Positions 50,001 to 58,374 of a stretch of DNA of 64,000 nt are shown in pieces. Position numbers and translations under genes: made by a program. The stretch is from positions 1-64,000 of the forward strand of contig JBMNHG010000004.1 of NCBI GenBank assembly GCA_050950285.1. The letters run 5' to 3'. Origin of the DNA: Kiritimatiellia bacterium. GTDB lineage: Bacteria; Verrucomicrobiota; Kiritimatiellia; RFP12; JBMNHG01. Each line of letters begins with the position of its first letter. The first letter of the stretch is position 1. Below the pieces are notes generated by a model. That model worked only from the letters and a program-made list of their open reading frames with translations. It searched no databases and had not been told where the DNA came from.

Positions 50001-51276
50001 CGGGCCGCGCGATGGCCAGGGCTTCATGACCGACTCCGCCGGCAACGCCATCGTTCTCGGCAGCCCGCTCGCAAGCGTCGCGCCGGACGGCACGATGCGC
50101 TGGCGCTACCTCAACCAATGGCCCGGCCTCCATGCCGGCCACCACACCACCGCCTATGGGAACGAGCCGGGCGTGCTTATCGCGCCCACCCGCGTCTGGG
50201 GCATCGAGAAGGCCGGCGACGAGCTGGGCGAGGTGGTCGCCTTCAACTCCAACCTGGGCTGCACGTACCTGATGACCGCGGAGGACGGCCTCTTCATCGA
50301 CCGCGTCTTCCGCGACCAGCGCGTGGGGCTGCTGTGGAACTTCAACCAGCCTCCCGCGCCCGAGGTGCTCCGCGAGACGAGCCTTTACGACGAGCACTTC
50401 GGCGGAATCTTCCAGACCGCGCGTGGACGCGACGGCAAGGCGCACTTCTACTACGTCGTGGGGAAGAACCACTGCACGGTGGTGGAGCTGTGCGGGCTGG
50501 AGAACGTGAAGCGCCTCCCCGGTGGCACGGTGGAGGTGCTCCCGGAGGACGTGGAACTCGCCCGGTCGAGGCGCCTCGCGGCGGCGAGCCGCAAGGCCGG
50601 GGCGAAGGTGTACGACGTGCCGCGCGTGGCGGACGGCAGCATCACGGTCGATGCCTCGCCTGCGGAATGGGCGGAGGAGCGGATCGACGGCTTCGCGCTC
50701 GCCTTCGATTCGAAAGCCCTCTACGTGCTGTTCCAGGGCCGCGACGACCGCGCCCCCTTCGAAAACAAGGGCGTGAACCCGCTGGAACTCTTCAAGAGCG
50801 GGGACGTGCTGGACGTGATGCTCCAGACGAAGCCGGGACTTCCCGCCAATCGCAGGGAAGCGGGCGAGGGGGATCTCCGCATCTCCCTCTCCATGTTCGA
50901 AGGGGAGCCGGTGTGCGTGGTGTACGACTTTGTGAATCCGCAGGTGGACCGTGCGGCGCGCATCCCCTTCAGTTCGCCCTGGCGGACGGTGTGGTGCGAT
51001 CGTGCGGGCGTACTGGAAAGCGCGACCATCGCGGTGGACCGCCATGGCGGGGACATCGTCGTCGAGGCGGCGATCCCGCTTTCGGACATCCACTTCGACC
51101 CCTCCGAAGCGGGCGAAGTCGCGGGAGACGTGGGGCGCGTGCTGGGCGACGCCACCGCCACGCGCGCAACCCGCCGCGACTACTGGTCGAACAAGAACAC
51201 CCAGATCCTCTCCGACCTCCCCAGCGAAGCCGGCGTGGAGCCCTGCCTCTGGGGACTCTTCCGCTTCGCGGAATAA
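47098..51276 (+). CDS. Large secreted protein with FlgD-Ig-like domain, NHL/beta-propeller repeats and CBM9-like C-terminal domain
   Basis: Signal peptide; GKVTLQIRDAEG...WNLDDIDGNPV (FlgD-Ig-like); NPLGLGTDAAGNVYV and PYGVEVASDGRVWV (NHL-like); WTDLDDDGFVQPEE; LAFDSKALYV...VEAAIP...LWG (CBM9/DOMON-like). Confidence 0.65.
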   Translation: MQKPFVALFAVSSLLCFASSASAVGVKTLSVSPEGDAPHAVATNDLGVAIQGWQSTLFGEEGTEVSFLVELDAPAERLTLVAYRGGALSARLADGTWIDAPPASASLQVWSPRAVVDAVRLRKPGTLDFTAQRKRGAEAGVYSASVDFLMLLDAAAENLAPSAGVLVSSAGEPSSGFQPRPWVNQVATLTSGEIHPDVNFSTAAREDETSPDRPEWILLRWDAPQAIHGVGLMRGRRETGLGDSVVEVYTGEGDPRFAAASDDGWRAMEGEWLAAAGFRHFDLFPFPETVATRGVRLRSIGGTKAISAGEVMVLGDARDGAAEAADADALSATSAARRDGVPISFAIPADGKVTLQIRDAEGAVVANPVAGVDFPAGTHTVSWNLDDIDGNPVLRTGEYSWRGLFTPPLSVEFRHTYHPWPLAGVAWQTPDRTGGWLADHEPPRTVCRGMDGTMWIGAFAEAGDSIVHVRDDATKIWGIDRCWVAIPSEICCDGDFYYGLCEGGWIGDNQVILQINQRTHADRKIFQRPIPKAGEGAPEDDPTLHRGITGFQVVGNIAYLAFGADNLVQAFDLTRGLEAGFRGFGWDIAYKQFDDQKPVLVREIPLPSPGRLRPYGEGRLVATSGKDVVTIDLATGEVSPLFQGKLRNPLGLGTDAAGNVYVGEGAPLHQVFGYAPDGTRIATLGKPGRREVGPFDPDDLEEPYGVEVASDGRVWVMEHVDCVRRVSLWDAESGRCVKAVYGPTRYGGGGCIDPDDDRRLFYKGLEFRRDAPDAPVELVNILYRVDSGQCARFNDADYPGYCFRTKKGWFSRSRLWFTSYMAPHGHPSIVLWLYKGDRVQPVAAIGSAIALRETFGCPAGRKGDWQDWRDTGFLTNVVSTYDPDQKFFTWTDLDDDGFVQPEELRFGEIRSPDDGALLTHASAGWNWRMNHSFEAAAGAGGNLLVFFRPKGFSKHGYPLYDVPSETVRGPRDGQGFMTDSAGNAIVLGSPLASVAPDGTMRWRYLNQWPGLHAGHHTTAYGNEPGVLIAPTRVWGIEKAGDELGEVVAFNSNLGCTYLMTAEDGLFIDRVFRDQRVGLLWNFNQPPAPEVLRETSLYDEHFGGIFQTARGRDGKAHFYYVVGKNHCTVVELCGLENVKRLPGGTVEVLPEDVELARSRRLAAASRKAGAKVYDVPRVADGSITVDASPAEWAEERIDGFALAFDSKALYVLFQGRDDRAPFENKGVNPLELFKSGDVLDVMLQTKPGLPANRREAGEGDLRISLSMFEGEPVCVVYDFVNPQVDRAARIPFSSPWRTVWCDRAGVLESATIAVDRHGGDIVVEAAIPLSDIHFDPSEAGEVAGDVGRVLGDATATRATRRDYWSNKNTQILSDLPSEAGVEPCLWGLFRFAE

Positions 51277-51306
51277 CACGCGAAGCATCGGCCTGAACGG
51301 ACGCGC

Positions 51307-51337
51307 GGCGCACGGGGATCCTCGTGCGCCTTGTTTT
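51307..51337 (+). terminator. Intrinsic terminator
   Basis: GGCGCACGGGGA/TCCTCGTGCGCC hairpin followed by TTGTTTT. Confidence 0.6.
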
Positions 51338-51455
51338 CATCGACGAAACCGGCGCGTGCAGGAGAGCATTTCAACCGCATCCGGCACGACAACCATCCAC
51401 TACGTCCGGGGCATGCCGTCACGCCGACCCATGAAGTCTCCCTTCCCTGTGCGCT

Positions 51456-51484
51456 TTGACTTCCTGTCGTTCGCCTGTTATCGT
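51456..51484 (+). promoter_or_regulatory. Sigma70-like promoter for ruvA-dut
   Basis: TTGACT-17 bp-TATCGT with a TG extension. Confidence 0.5.
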
Positions 51485-51507
51485 CTTTACGCCCACGGGA
51501 GAATGCG

Positions 51508-52104
51508 ATGATTGCGACGATGCGCGGTATTGTGACCGAAAAGAATCCGACCACGGCGATTTTGGAAATCGCGGGGATCGGCTATGAGATGTCCATCACG
51601 GCGAGCACCTACGAGCGTCTTCCGCCGGTGGGGCAGGAGGCGCGCCTTTTCGTGCATCATGCGGTGAGCGAGGACGACGAACGGCTTTTCGGGTTCGCCA
51701 GCATGGAGGAGAAGCGTCTCTTTCTCCTGCTCGTCACCGTGAACGGCATCGGCCCGAAGGTGGCCATCACCGTTCTCAGCGGCATCTCGGCCGGGGAGCT
51801 TTGCGCGGCGATCGCGGACCGGAATCTCAAGCGCATCTGCGCCATCAAGGGCATCGGCAAGAAGCTCGCCGAGCGCATCGTGGTGGATCTGCACGACAAG
51901 ATCTCCCCGGCGGACGCCCTGGCGGGGTCGACGGCCGGGAAGACCGCGAAGGATGCGTCCGCCGCGAAGGACGCCCTCCTGGCGTTGGGCACGCTCGGCT
52001 TCCCGCCCGATACGGCCCGCAAGATGATCGATGCGGCCATCGCCGCCGGGGCCGACACCTCCAGCGCCGACCAGCTCGTGCGGCATGCCATCTCCCACAA
52101 GTGA
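51508..52104 (+). CDS. ruvA: Holliday junction branch migration protein RuvA
   Basis: MIATMRG, GIGYE, LFGF, VNGIGPKVA, IKGIGKKLAERIVVDL, ALGTLGF. Confidence 0.93.
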   Translation: MIATMRGIVTEKNPTTAILEIAGIGYEMSITASTYERLPPVGQEARLFVHHAVSEDDERLFGFASMEEKRLFLLLVTVNGIGPKVAITVLSGISAGELCAAIADRNLKRICAIKGIGKKLAERIVVDLHDKISPADALAGSTAGKTAKDASAAKDALLALGTLGFPPDTARKMIDAAIAAGADTSSADQLVRHAISHK

Positions 52105-52129
52105 CCCACGCCTTTCGCACCCATCGCCT

Positions 52130-52558
52130 ATGGACATCGCCTTCCAACGTCTCCATCCCGCCGCCATCCTTCCGCGCTACGCCCATCCCGGCGACGCCGG
52201 CATGGATCTCCACGCCTGCGAACCCGTCGACATCCCCCCCGGCGGGCGTTCGCTCGTGCGCATCGGCTGGGCCATCGCCTTGCCCGACGGATGGGAAGGG
52301 CAGGTGCGTCCGCGTTCCGGGCTCGCCCTGAAGCGCGGGGTCACCGTGTTGAACGCGCCGGGGACGATCGACGCCGGCTATCGTGGCGAAGTGGGCGTGA
52401 TCCTTGCGAATTTCGGGACAGAGCCCTTCCATGCCGACCCCGGCGAGCGAATCGCCCAGCTCGTGGTCGCCCCGGTCGCCCAGGGAAGGCCGGTCGAAGT
52501 CCGCTCGCTGGAGTCCAGCGTTCGCGGCGAAGGCGGCTTCGGGTCGACCGACGGCTAG
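52130..52558 (+). CDS. dut: dUTP diphosphatase
   Basis: AGMDL, RPRSGLA, NAPGTIDAGYRGE, ERIAQL, RGEGGFGSTD. Confidence 0.95.
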   Translation: MDIAFQRLHPAAILPRYAHPGDAGMDLHACEPVDIPPGGRSLVRIGWAIALPDGWEGQVRPRSGLALKRGVTVLNAPGTIDAGYRGEVGVILANFGTEPFHADPGERIAQLVVAPVAQGRPVEVRSLESSVRGEGGFGSTDG

Positions 52559-52600
52559 GCCAGGCCTTTCCCTTCTCTTTCGCGGCACGCCGTTTTTTTT

Positions 52601-52641
52601 CCGTTTCGCCCCGTTTCGCCCCGTTTCGCCCCGTGCTCGCC
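52601..52641 (+). repeat. Short tandem repeat: CCGTTTCGCC x3 plus a degenerate copy
   Basis: Exact 10-mers at 52601, 52611 and 52621, then CCGTGCTCGCC. Confidence 0.85.
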
Positions 52642-52736
52642 CCGTGCGCGGACGGCTTTTCGCGGTCGATTTCGCGGCGCGCTTTTGATACCCTCATTCC
52701 ATCGCCTCCGCGTCGGGGGCGCTCAAGGAGCTTCCC

Positions 52737-54233
52737 ATGAACACCCAGACCCCGTACGTCTTTTGGTTCGCCACCGGTTCCCAGGATCTGTATGGCGACG
52801 AATGCCTCAAGCAGGTTGCCATCCATTCCGCGCAGATGACCGAGGGCCTCAACGCCTCCGGCCTTCTTCCCTTCCCCGTGGTGTGCAAGCCCACGCTGAT
52901 CGACTCCGCCTCCATCGCGGGCACCTTCAAGGCCGCGAACGACGACCCCTCCTGCGCCGGCGTGATCCTGTGGATGCACACCTTCTCGCCCGCCAAAATG
53001 TGGATCCACGGCTTGCAGCTCAACCGCAAGCCGCTTCTCCACCTCCACACCCAGTTCAATCGCGAGATCCCCCACGAAACGATCGACATGGACTTCATGA
53101 ACCTGAACCAGTCCGCCCATGGCGACCGCGAGTTCGGGCACATGATGACCCGCATGGGCATCGCCCGCAAGGTGGTGGTGGCCCATTGGGCGGACGAAAG
53201 CGCCCAGAAGCGCATCGCCTCGTGGATGCGCACCGCCGTGGGCGTGATGGAAAGCCGCCGCGTCCGCGTGGTCCGCTTCGGCGACAACATGCGCGACGTG
53301 GCCGTGACCGAGGGCGACAAGGTGGAAGCCGAACTCCAGTTCGGCTGGTCGGTTGACGCCTACGACGTGTCGGACATGGCGAAGTACGCCGATGCGGTGC
53401 CGCAGTCCGAGGTCGACGCCCTCACCGACGTCTACTACCGCGAATACGACCTTCTCCCGGAAGGCCGCGATCCCGCCGAGTTCCGCCGCCACGTCTCCGA
53501 GCAGGCGCGCATCGAGCTCGGCCTGCGGGAGTTCCTGTCCGGGCACGACTACCACGCCATCGTCACCAACTTCCAGACCCTCGGCGGCCTGAGGCAGCTC
53601 CCCGGCCTCGCGATCCAGCGCCTCATGGCCTCCGGGTACGGCTTCGGGGCGGAAGGCGACTGGAAGACCGCCGCCATGGTGCGCATCCTCAAGGCGATGA
53701 CCGCCGGCATCCGGAATCCGAAGGGCACGTCGTTCATGGAGGACTACACCTACGACCTTTCCGGCGAAGGCGCGATTCTCCAGGCGCACATGCTCGAGGT
53801 CTGTCCTTCCATCGCCGCGGGCAGGCCCGCCATCAAGGTGAATCCGCTCACGATGGGCGAGCGCGAGGATCCGGCCCGTCTCGTGTTCACCTGCAAGCCC
53901 GGCAAGGGCGTGGCCTGCTCGCTCGTGGATCTCGGCCATCGCTTCCGCCTGATCGTGAACGCGGTGGAGTGCCTGCCGCAGGACATCCCGATGCCGAAGC
54001 TCCCCGTGGCTTCGGCGCTGTGGCGTCCCGAGCCGGACCTCTTCACCGGCGCCGAAGCGTGGATCTACGCGGGCGGAGCCCACCACACGGCCTTCTCGCT
54101 GGACCTCACCGTGGAGCAGGTCGCGGATTGGGGCGATGCGATGGGCATCGAGGTGCTGGTGATCGACCGGGACACCACGATTCGCGACTTCCGCAACCAG
54201 ATTCGCTGGAACGAGGCCGCATTCGGCAAGTAG
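52737..54233 (+). CDS. araA: L-arabinose isomerase
   Basis: GSQDLYG, WMHTFSPAKMW, MNLNQSAHGDREFG, GYGFGAEGDWK, SFMEDY, HMLEVCP, GGAHH. Confidence 0.96.
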   Translation: MNTQTPYVFWFATGSQDLYGDECLKQVAIHSAQMTEGLNASGLLPFPVVCKPTLIDSASIAGTFKAANDDPSCAGVILWMHTFSPAKMWIHGLQLNRKPLLHLHTQFNREIPHETIDMDFMNLNQSAHGDREFGHMMTRMGIARKVVVAHWADESAQKRIASWMRTAVGVMESRRVRVVRFGDNMRDVAVTEGDKVEAELQFGWSVDAYDVSDMAKYADAVPQSEVDALTDVYYREYDLLPEGRDPAEFRRHVSEQARIELGLREFLSGHDYHAIVTNFQTLGGLRQLPGLAIQRLMASGYGFGAEGDWKTAAMVRILKAMTAGIRNPKGTSFMEDYTYDLSGEGAILQAHMLEVCPSIAAGRPAIKVNPLTMGEREDPARLVFTCKPGKGVACSLVDLGHRFRLIVNAVECLPQDIPMPKLPVASALWRPEPDLFTGAEAWIYAGGAHHTAFSLDLTVEQVADWGDAMGIEVLVIDRDTTIRDFRNQIRWNEAAFGK

Positions 54234-54262
54234 GCCTTGCGGGCAGCCGCTCCGCCCTTTGC

Positions 54263-54298
54263 TCCCGCGGAAAAACGGCGCGCCGTTTTTCCGCGGGA
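54263..54298. repeat. Perfect 36-bp palindrome between convergent genes
   Basis: TCCCGCGGAAAAACGGCG|CGCCGTTTTTCCGCGGGA; the halves are exact reverse complements with no spacer. Confidence 0.85.
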
Positions 54299-54364
54299 CT
54301 TTGGGGGGCTTCCAGCGGCGCGCCGCGTTTGCTGCTAACTCGGCCATAATTCATATTGCAAAAC

Positions 54365-54532
54365 AGGGGCACGGGTTTTCCAACCCGTGACAGAAAGTGG
54401 CCTACCCCCTGAGCGGAATCTTCCAAATCGCTTGAAACCGGGGCATTTCGTCGAAATCTGCCCGGAGGGAAAGGCCAAACTCCAGGCACGGGTTTTCCAA
54501 CCCGTGACACGGACAGGAATGTCCGTGCCCCT
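54365..54532. repeat. REP/REPIN- or MITE-like element
   Basis: 10-bp terminal inverted repeats AGGGGCACGG / CCGTGCCCCT. Two identical 25-bp hairpin units GGCACGGGTTTTCCAACCCGTGACA (54368-54392 and 54485-54509). Third hairpin CACGGACA-GGAA-TGTCCGTG. Confidence 0.65.
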
Positions 54533-54597
54533 TTCCCAACTCCAAATTCCAGCTCCCCATGCCTCAATCTTCGTGCGCAGCGCTATTTGTGGCCGGG

Positions 54598-55470
54598 TTA
54601 GTAGCGCGTGTTGTCCAGCAAGCGTTCGAGTTCCCGGGCGCCCTCGAGCACGCGGGGGCCGGGGCGGCAGACGGCGTCGGTGTCGAAATCGGCGTAGACG
54701 CGGCCGTCTTTCACGGCGCGGACGTCTTTCCAGCCCACGCGGGACGCGACGCGCTCGCGGGCGGAGGCATCGTCGCCGCCGTACAGGCAGACGATCACAT
54801 CCGGGTCGCGCCCGACCACCCATTCGGGGGAGAGGGTGACGTAGCCGTCGCCCGCCAGTTCGTCGCCCAGATTCCGTCCTCCGGCGAGGGCGACCATCTC
54901 GGAGAGGAAGCTCTGCTTTCCGGGGGTCATCATGGGCGAGTCCCACATTTCGAGGAAGACGAGCGGCTTCTGGTCGTCGGGGATGCGCGCGGCTCGTTCA
55001 TGGCCTTCTTCGATTCCTGCGGCCAGGCGGGCGGCGAGGGCTTCCGCCTGCGCGGTGCGTCCGAGGAGCCCCCCGATGCGGAGGACCGCCGGCGGGATGT
55101 CGGCGAGGCGCTGGCAGGGGATGCATTCCTCGCGGATGCCCAGCCGCGCGACGGCCTCGTGCATGGCGGGGTCCGCGTATTCCGTGCTCAAGAGGAGCGT
55201 GGCGCGTGTTGCGGCGAGGGCTTCGGGGAAGGCGGCGCCGAAGTGTCCGACGATGGGGACTTCCGCGACCTCCGGGGGGAAGTCGCAGACGTCGGTTCGT
55301 CCGCAGAGGAGCGGCGCGCCGTCGATGGCGAAGACGATTTCGGTGAGGTTTGGCGCGAGGGTGGCCACGCGGAGTTCGCCGCTTTCGCCGGGTTCGTGGC
55401 GGAGGCAGCCGGAGGTGGCCAGGGCGGCGGCGAAGAGGAGGGCGGCAGGGGAGGGGCGGCGGGGGTTCAT
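54598..55470 (-). CDS. BtuF-like cobalamin/iron-siderophore ABC substrate-binding lipoprotein
   Basis: Lipobox ATSGC; RVATLAPNLTEIVFAI, CDFP, AGGRNL, DPDVI, RPGPR. Confidence 0.8.
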   Translation of the reverse strand: MNPRRPSPAALLFAAALATSGCLRHEPGESGELRVATLAPNLTEIVFAIDGAPLLCGRTDVCDFPPEVAEVPIVGHFGAAFPEALAATRATLLLSTEYADPAMHEAVARLGIREECIPCQRLADIPPAVLRIGGLLGRTAQAEALAARLAAGIEEGHERAARIPDDQKPLVFLEMWDSPMMTPGKQSFLSEMVALAGGRNLGDELAGDGYVTLSPEWVVGRDPDVIVCLYGGDDASARERVASRVGWKDVRAVKDGRVYADFDTDAVCRPGPRVLEGARELERLLDNTRY

Positions 55471-55499
55471 CGGGAATTCCTTCCGGGCGCGGAGGGGTG

Positions 55500-56444
55500 T
55501 CATGGGAGGGCGGTCACGTCGATGCGCGGCGGGCCCCTGCGCGGGCGGGATGCATCCGTCGGGCGCGTTGTGGCGGAAGGCGGCGGCGGCTCCTTTTCGC
55601 CGGTCCAGGCGCGCCAGCCGGCCGGGAGGGCGCGGCGTGCCACGGCGACGAGGGTGTCCTCGAAGCGTTCCAGGCCGCGCCAGAAGGGGAGGGGGCCGAG
55701 CCGGCGGGCGAGCGGAGCGGATTCGCCGGTGACGTTCACGGGGCCGAAGTCGCCGGGGGCCGCGGTTGGCGGCGCGCCGTTCCAGAAGCGATCGGGAGAG
55801 GGGGAGGGGGCCGGTTCCGGTTGGGGCGGAGATTCTGCGGCGGCGGCCGGCCGCGCGGCGTCCCCGGCGTCGAAGGCGGCGAATTCCGGCATGTCGAGGC
55901 CGCGAAGGCGGAGCAGGAGGGCGGGGTCCTGCTCCATGGCCTCGCCGAAGAGCAGGTAGGCTGCGGCAACGTGCTTGCAGACGTGCGACCAGTCGGGGCA
56001 GTCGCAACGGGTCCGCATGTCTTCGGGGCCGGCGGGGAAGAGCGGGACCCCTTCCTCTTCGAACCATCGTTGCAGGCGGCGCGGGAGTTCGCGGGTGAGG
56101 ATGCGGGCGAGAAGGAGCGGGTTCCCGCGCAGGCGGGTGGCGATGCGGCGCGCCGCCGCGGCGTCCAGGGCGGCGAATTCCACGGAGAGGGCGTAGGGGG
56201 TGTCGCGTCCGCCCTGGACGCGTGCGTCGAGACGTCCGGGGGAGAACTCCAGGAGGGTCACCTGGCCCGAGACGGCGTAGTTGCGGCCGCGTCCCAGGCG
56301 TGCGCCGGGACGGAGGGCTTCGAAGGCGCGGATCCAGCGGTCTCCCCACCAGGGACGGGCGGCGGAGGATCGGCGCGTCTGGGATCGGATGCCGCCCCGG
56401 GCGATGAGCGGTATCCTTGGCGCGAAATGCTTTTTCCGGCTCAT
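55500..56444 (-). CDS. SWIM zinc finger protein
   Basis: RLGRGRNYA, ARVQG..PY, CDCPDWSHVCKH, DPALLLRLRG. Confidence 0.8.
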   Translation of the reverse strand: MSRKKHFAPRIPLIARGGIRSQTRRSSAARPWWGDRWIRAFEALRPGARLGRGRNYAVSGQVTLLEFSPGRLDARVQGGRDTPYALSVEFAALDAAAARRIATRLRGNPLLLARILTRELPRRLQRWFEEEGVPLFPAGPEDMRTRCDCPDWSHVCKHVAAAYLLFGEAMEQDPALLLRLRGLDMPEFAAFDAGDAARPAAAAESPPQPEPAPSPSPDRFWNGAPPTAAPGDFGPVNVTGESAPLARRLGPLPFWRGLERFEDTLVAVARRALPAGWRAWTGEKEPPPPSATTRPTDASRPRRGPPRIDVTALP

Positions 56445-57172
56445 GGCGGCGGGAGCCAGCCGGCCTCCAGGAAGCCGGTGGCGGGGCGGGTGGCGGTTCC
56501 GCGCTCGACGGCGGAGAGGAGGGCGCGGACGGCGGGGTGGGTGATGGACGGCGTATCCAGCAGGGCGTGGGCGACGTGGCCGCGGTCGTCCGTGTGGACG
56601 AAGATGCGGACGAGGCCCACGGTGGAGGTCGAGGGGACGTCGGGGGGGACGAAGGAGAAGCGCGCGTTTTCGAGTCCCGTCGAAAGGCGGCACCAAAAGC
56701 TTCCGGGGGCAAGGGGCCCGGCGGAGTCGGATTCGTCCTCCCCGGCCGGGAGCGGGGCGCGGGGGAGGGGGGGCGGGAGGTCGATGCCGGGATTGAAGGG
56801 GTTCCGGGAGACGTTCGAGAAGGAGAAATCCCAGGCGTTGGAGGCGGCCCGGGCTTCGAGGGCCCCATGGGAACGCGCTGCGGGAATGGACGGAAGGAGG
56901 AACGACAGGTCGTCGGTATCGAGCGTGGCGTGGGGCCGCATGCTCCCGAAGTCGGAGCGATAGGCGACGGTGCCCGGGCGGAGGCGGGCCACCGACGTTC
57001 CCGGTGCGAGCAGGACGTATTCGGCGGTGAACGGGGTGGGTGGAAGCGCAGGGCCGACGGGGACGTCGTGCGAGGGCCACAGGTGCCACAGGAACAACGT
57101 CACGCCGGCCAATGCCAGGATGGGCCAGGAGGAGAACCAGCGTTCCGTGTGACGATAGGGGCTGCGTGCCAC
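56441..57172 (-). CDS. Membrane-anchored Pro-rich protein, possibly TonB/TolA-like
   Basis: N-terminal TM helix, Pro-rich linker, C-terminal VRIFVHTDDRGHV...; follows exbD. Confidence 0.45.
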   Translation of the reverse strand: MARSPYRHTERWFSSWPILALAGVTLFLWHLWPSHDVPVGPALPPTPFTAEYVLLAPGTSVARLRPGTVAYRSDFGSMRPHATLDTDDLSFLLPSIPAARSHGALEARAASNAWDFSFSNVSRNPFNPGIDLPPPLPRAPLPAGEDESDSAGPLAPGSFWCRLSTGLENARFSFVPPDVPSTSTVGLVRIFVHTDDRGHVAHALLDTPSITHPAVRALLSAVERGTATRPATGFLEAGWLPPP

Positions 57173-57173
57173 G

Positions 57174-57731
57174 TTATTCGGACCTTACCGAGACGGATAT
57201 GCGGGGGATGCCGCACTCGCGGGCGAGGTTCACGATCGCGAGGACTTCCCCGTGGGGGATCGATTGGTCGGCCAGGAGGAGGAATTCGCGGTTTCCCCGA
57301 TGGACGACCTCTTCGAGCCTGTCGCGGAGGCTCCGCAATTGCACGGGGTCGCCAAGGGTGTAGCGCCCTCCGTCGAAAAAGACGAAGGTCGTGGGGACGA
57401 TGGCCTGGGTCGCCGCCGGATGTGCGGGATCGGCTGTACCTTCGGCGTTCGCGTGCGCCTCCTCCGTCTTCGGGATATCGACGCGGAGCATCACGAGGAA
57501 GGCGTCGGCGTCGATGGCCTCGTAGTAGTGGGCCCGGGGGAGCTCGAAGGTCACGCCCTTCATCAGGGTCTGGCGGGAGGTGACCCAGTAGAAGAGCCCG
57601 GCGACGAGCACGAGGTCGAGCCAGGGGACCACCTGCAGGAAGAACTGCGAGAGCCGGTTCCGCGGCCGGAACCGCATGCGCAGTCCGTCGGCGGTCCATG
57701 AGGAGCCCCAGCGGGAGCCGAGTTCAGCCAT
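57174..57731 (-). CDS. exbD: ExbD/TolR family protein
   Basis: VVPWLDLVLV (TM Asp), FELP, LLADQSIPHGEVLAIVNLARECGI. Confidence 0.75.
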   Translation of the reverse strand: MAELGSRWGSSWTADGLRMRFRPRNRLSQFFLQVVPWLDLVLVAGLFYWVTSRQTLMKGVTFELPRAHYYEAIDADAFLVMLRVDIPKTEEAHANAEGTADPAHPAATQAIVPTTFVFFDGGRYTLGDPVQLRSLRDRLEEVVHRGNREFLLLADQSIPHGEVLAIVNLARECGIPRISVSVRSE

Positions 57732-58374
57732 GGGGATCCCCCTTCGAGGCGGCGGGGGGCGTGGGGCCGTCCCGGAAGAACGCGGTGATTTGGCTGGTTG
57801 CTTCTTCCATTTGCAGGACGATGCGGTCGATGCGCACGACGAGCAGGGTGAACATCCCGTGGGTGGGGATGGCCACCATGAGGCCGAGGATCGAGGTGGC
57901 GCACGCCTTGATGAGGGCGCCCGCCATGTCGTCGGACCTGACGAGCACGGATTGGGCCTGATAGGCCTGGATGGCTTCGAGGATGCCCAGGAAGGTGCCC
58001 AGCAGTCCGAGGACCGGCGCGAGCTGCGCGATGGAAGAGATGACGGAGAGGCGTCGTTCCATGCGCGAGATTTCCACGTGCCCCATGCGGGTCAGTTCGG
58101 CCTCCAGGAGGTCGCTGTCGTCATTCCGGTGCAGGATGGCGGTGCGCATGAGATTGGCGATGGGGCCCGGCGTGTCGTCGCAGAGGGCGATCGCCTCCTC
58201 GATGTTTCCGCGGGCGACCACGTTGAAGACGCCCTTCAGGAAGTAGCGGAAGGCGATTTGCGCGCGGCGCAGGTGGAACATCCGTTCCAGGAAGACGCCG
58301 ATCGCGAGGAGGAAGCAGAGCAGGAGGATCCAGGCGATGGGGCCGCATTGCGACATCCATTCGAGTGCGTTCAT
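57724..58374 (-). CDS. exbB: MotA/TolQ/ExbB proton channel family protein
   Basis: FLER, APVLGLLGTFLGI, ALIKACATSILGLMVAIP. Confidence 0.85.
   Translation of the reverse strand: MNALEWMSQCGPIAWILLLCFLLAIGVFLERMFHLRRAQIAFRYFLKGVFNVVARGNIEEAIALCDDTPGPIANLMRTAILHRNDDSDLLEAELTRMGHVEISRMERRLSVISSIAQLAPVLGLLGTFLGILEAIQAYQAQSVLVRSDDMAGALIKACATSILGLMVAIPTHGMFTLLVVRIDRIVLQMEEATSQITAFFRDGPTPPAASKGDPHG

Noticed and set aside
51508..52104. ruvA without ruvB or ruvC
   Set aside because: Split ruv genes are common in bacteria.
52601..52641. Tandem repeats as CRISPR or iterons
   Set aside because: 10-bp units with no spacers and no rep gene nearby.
54368..54509. Two identical 25-bp palindromic repeats as a possible mini-CRISPR
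   Set aside because: Only two copies, a 92-bp spacer and no cas genes. Fits a REP-like element better.
55500..56444. SWIM protein as part of a SWIM-SNF2 or defence system
   Set aside because: No helicase, nuclease or methylase partner is adjacent in this window.
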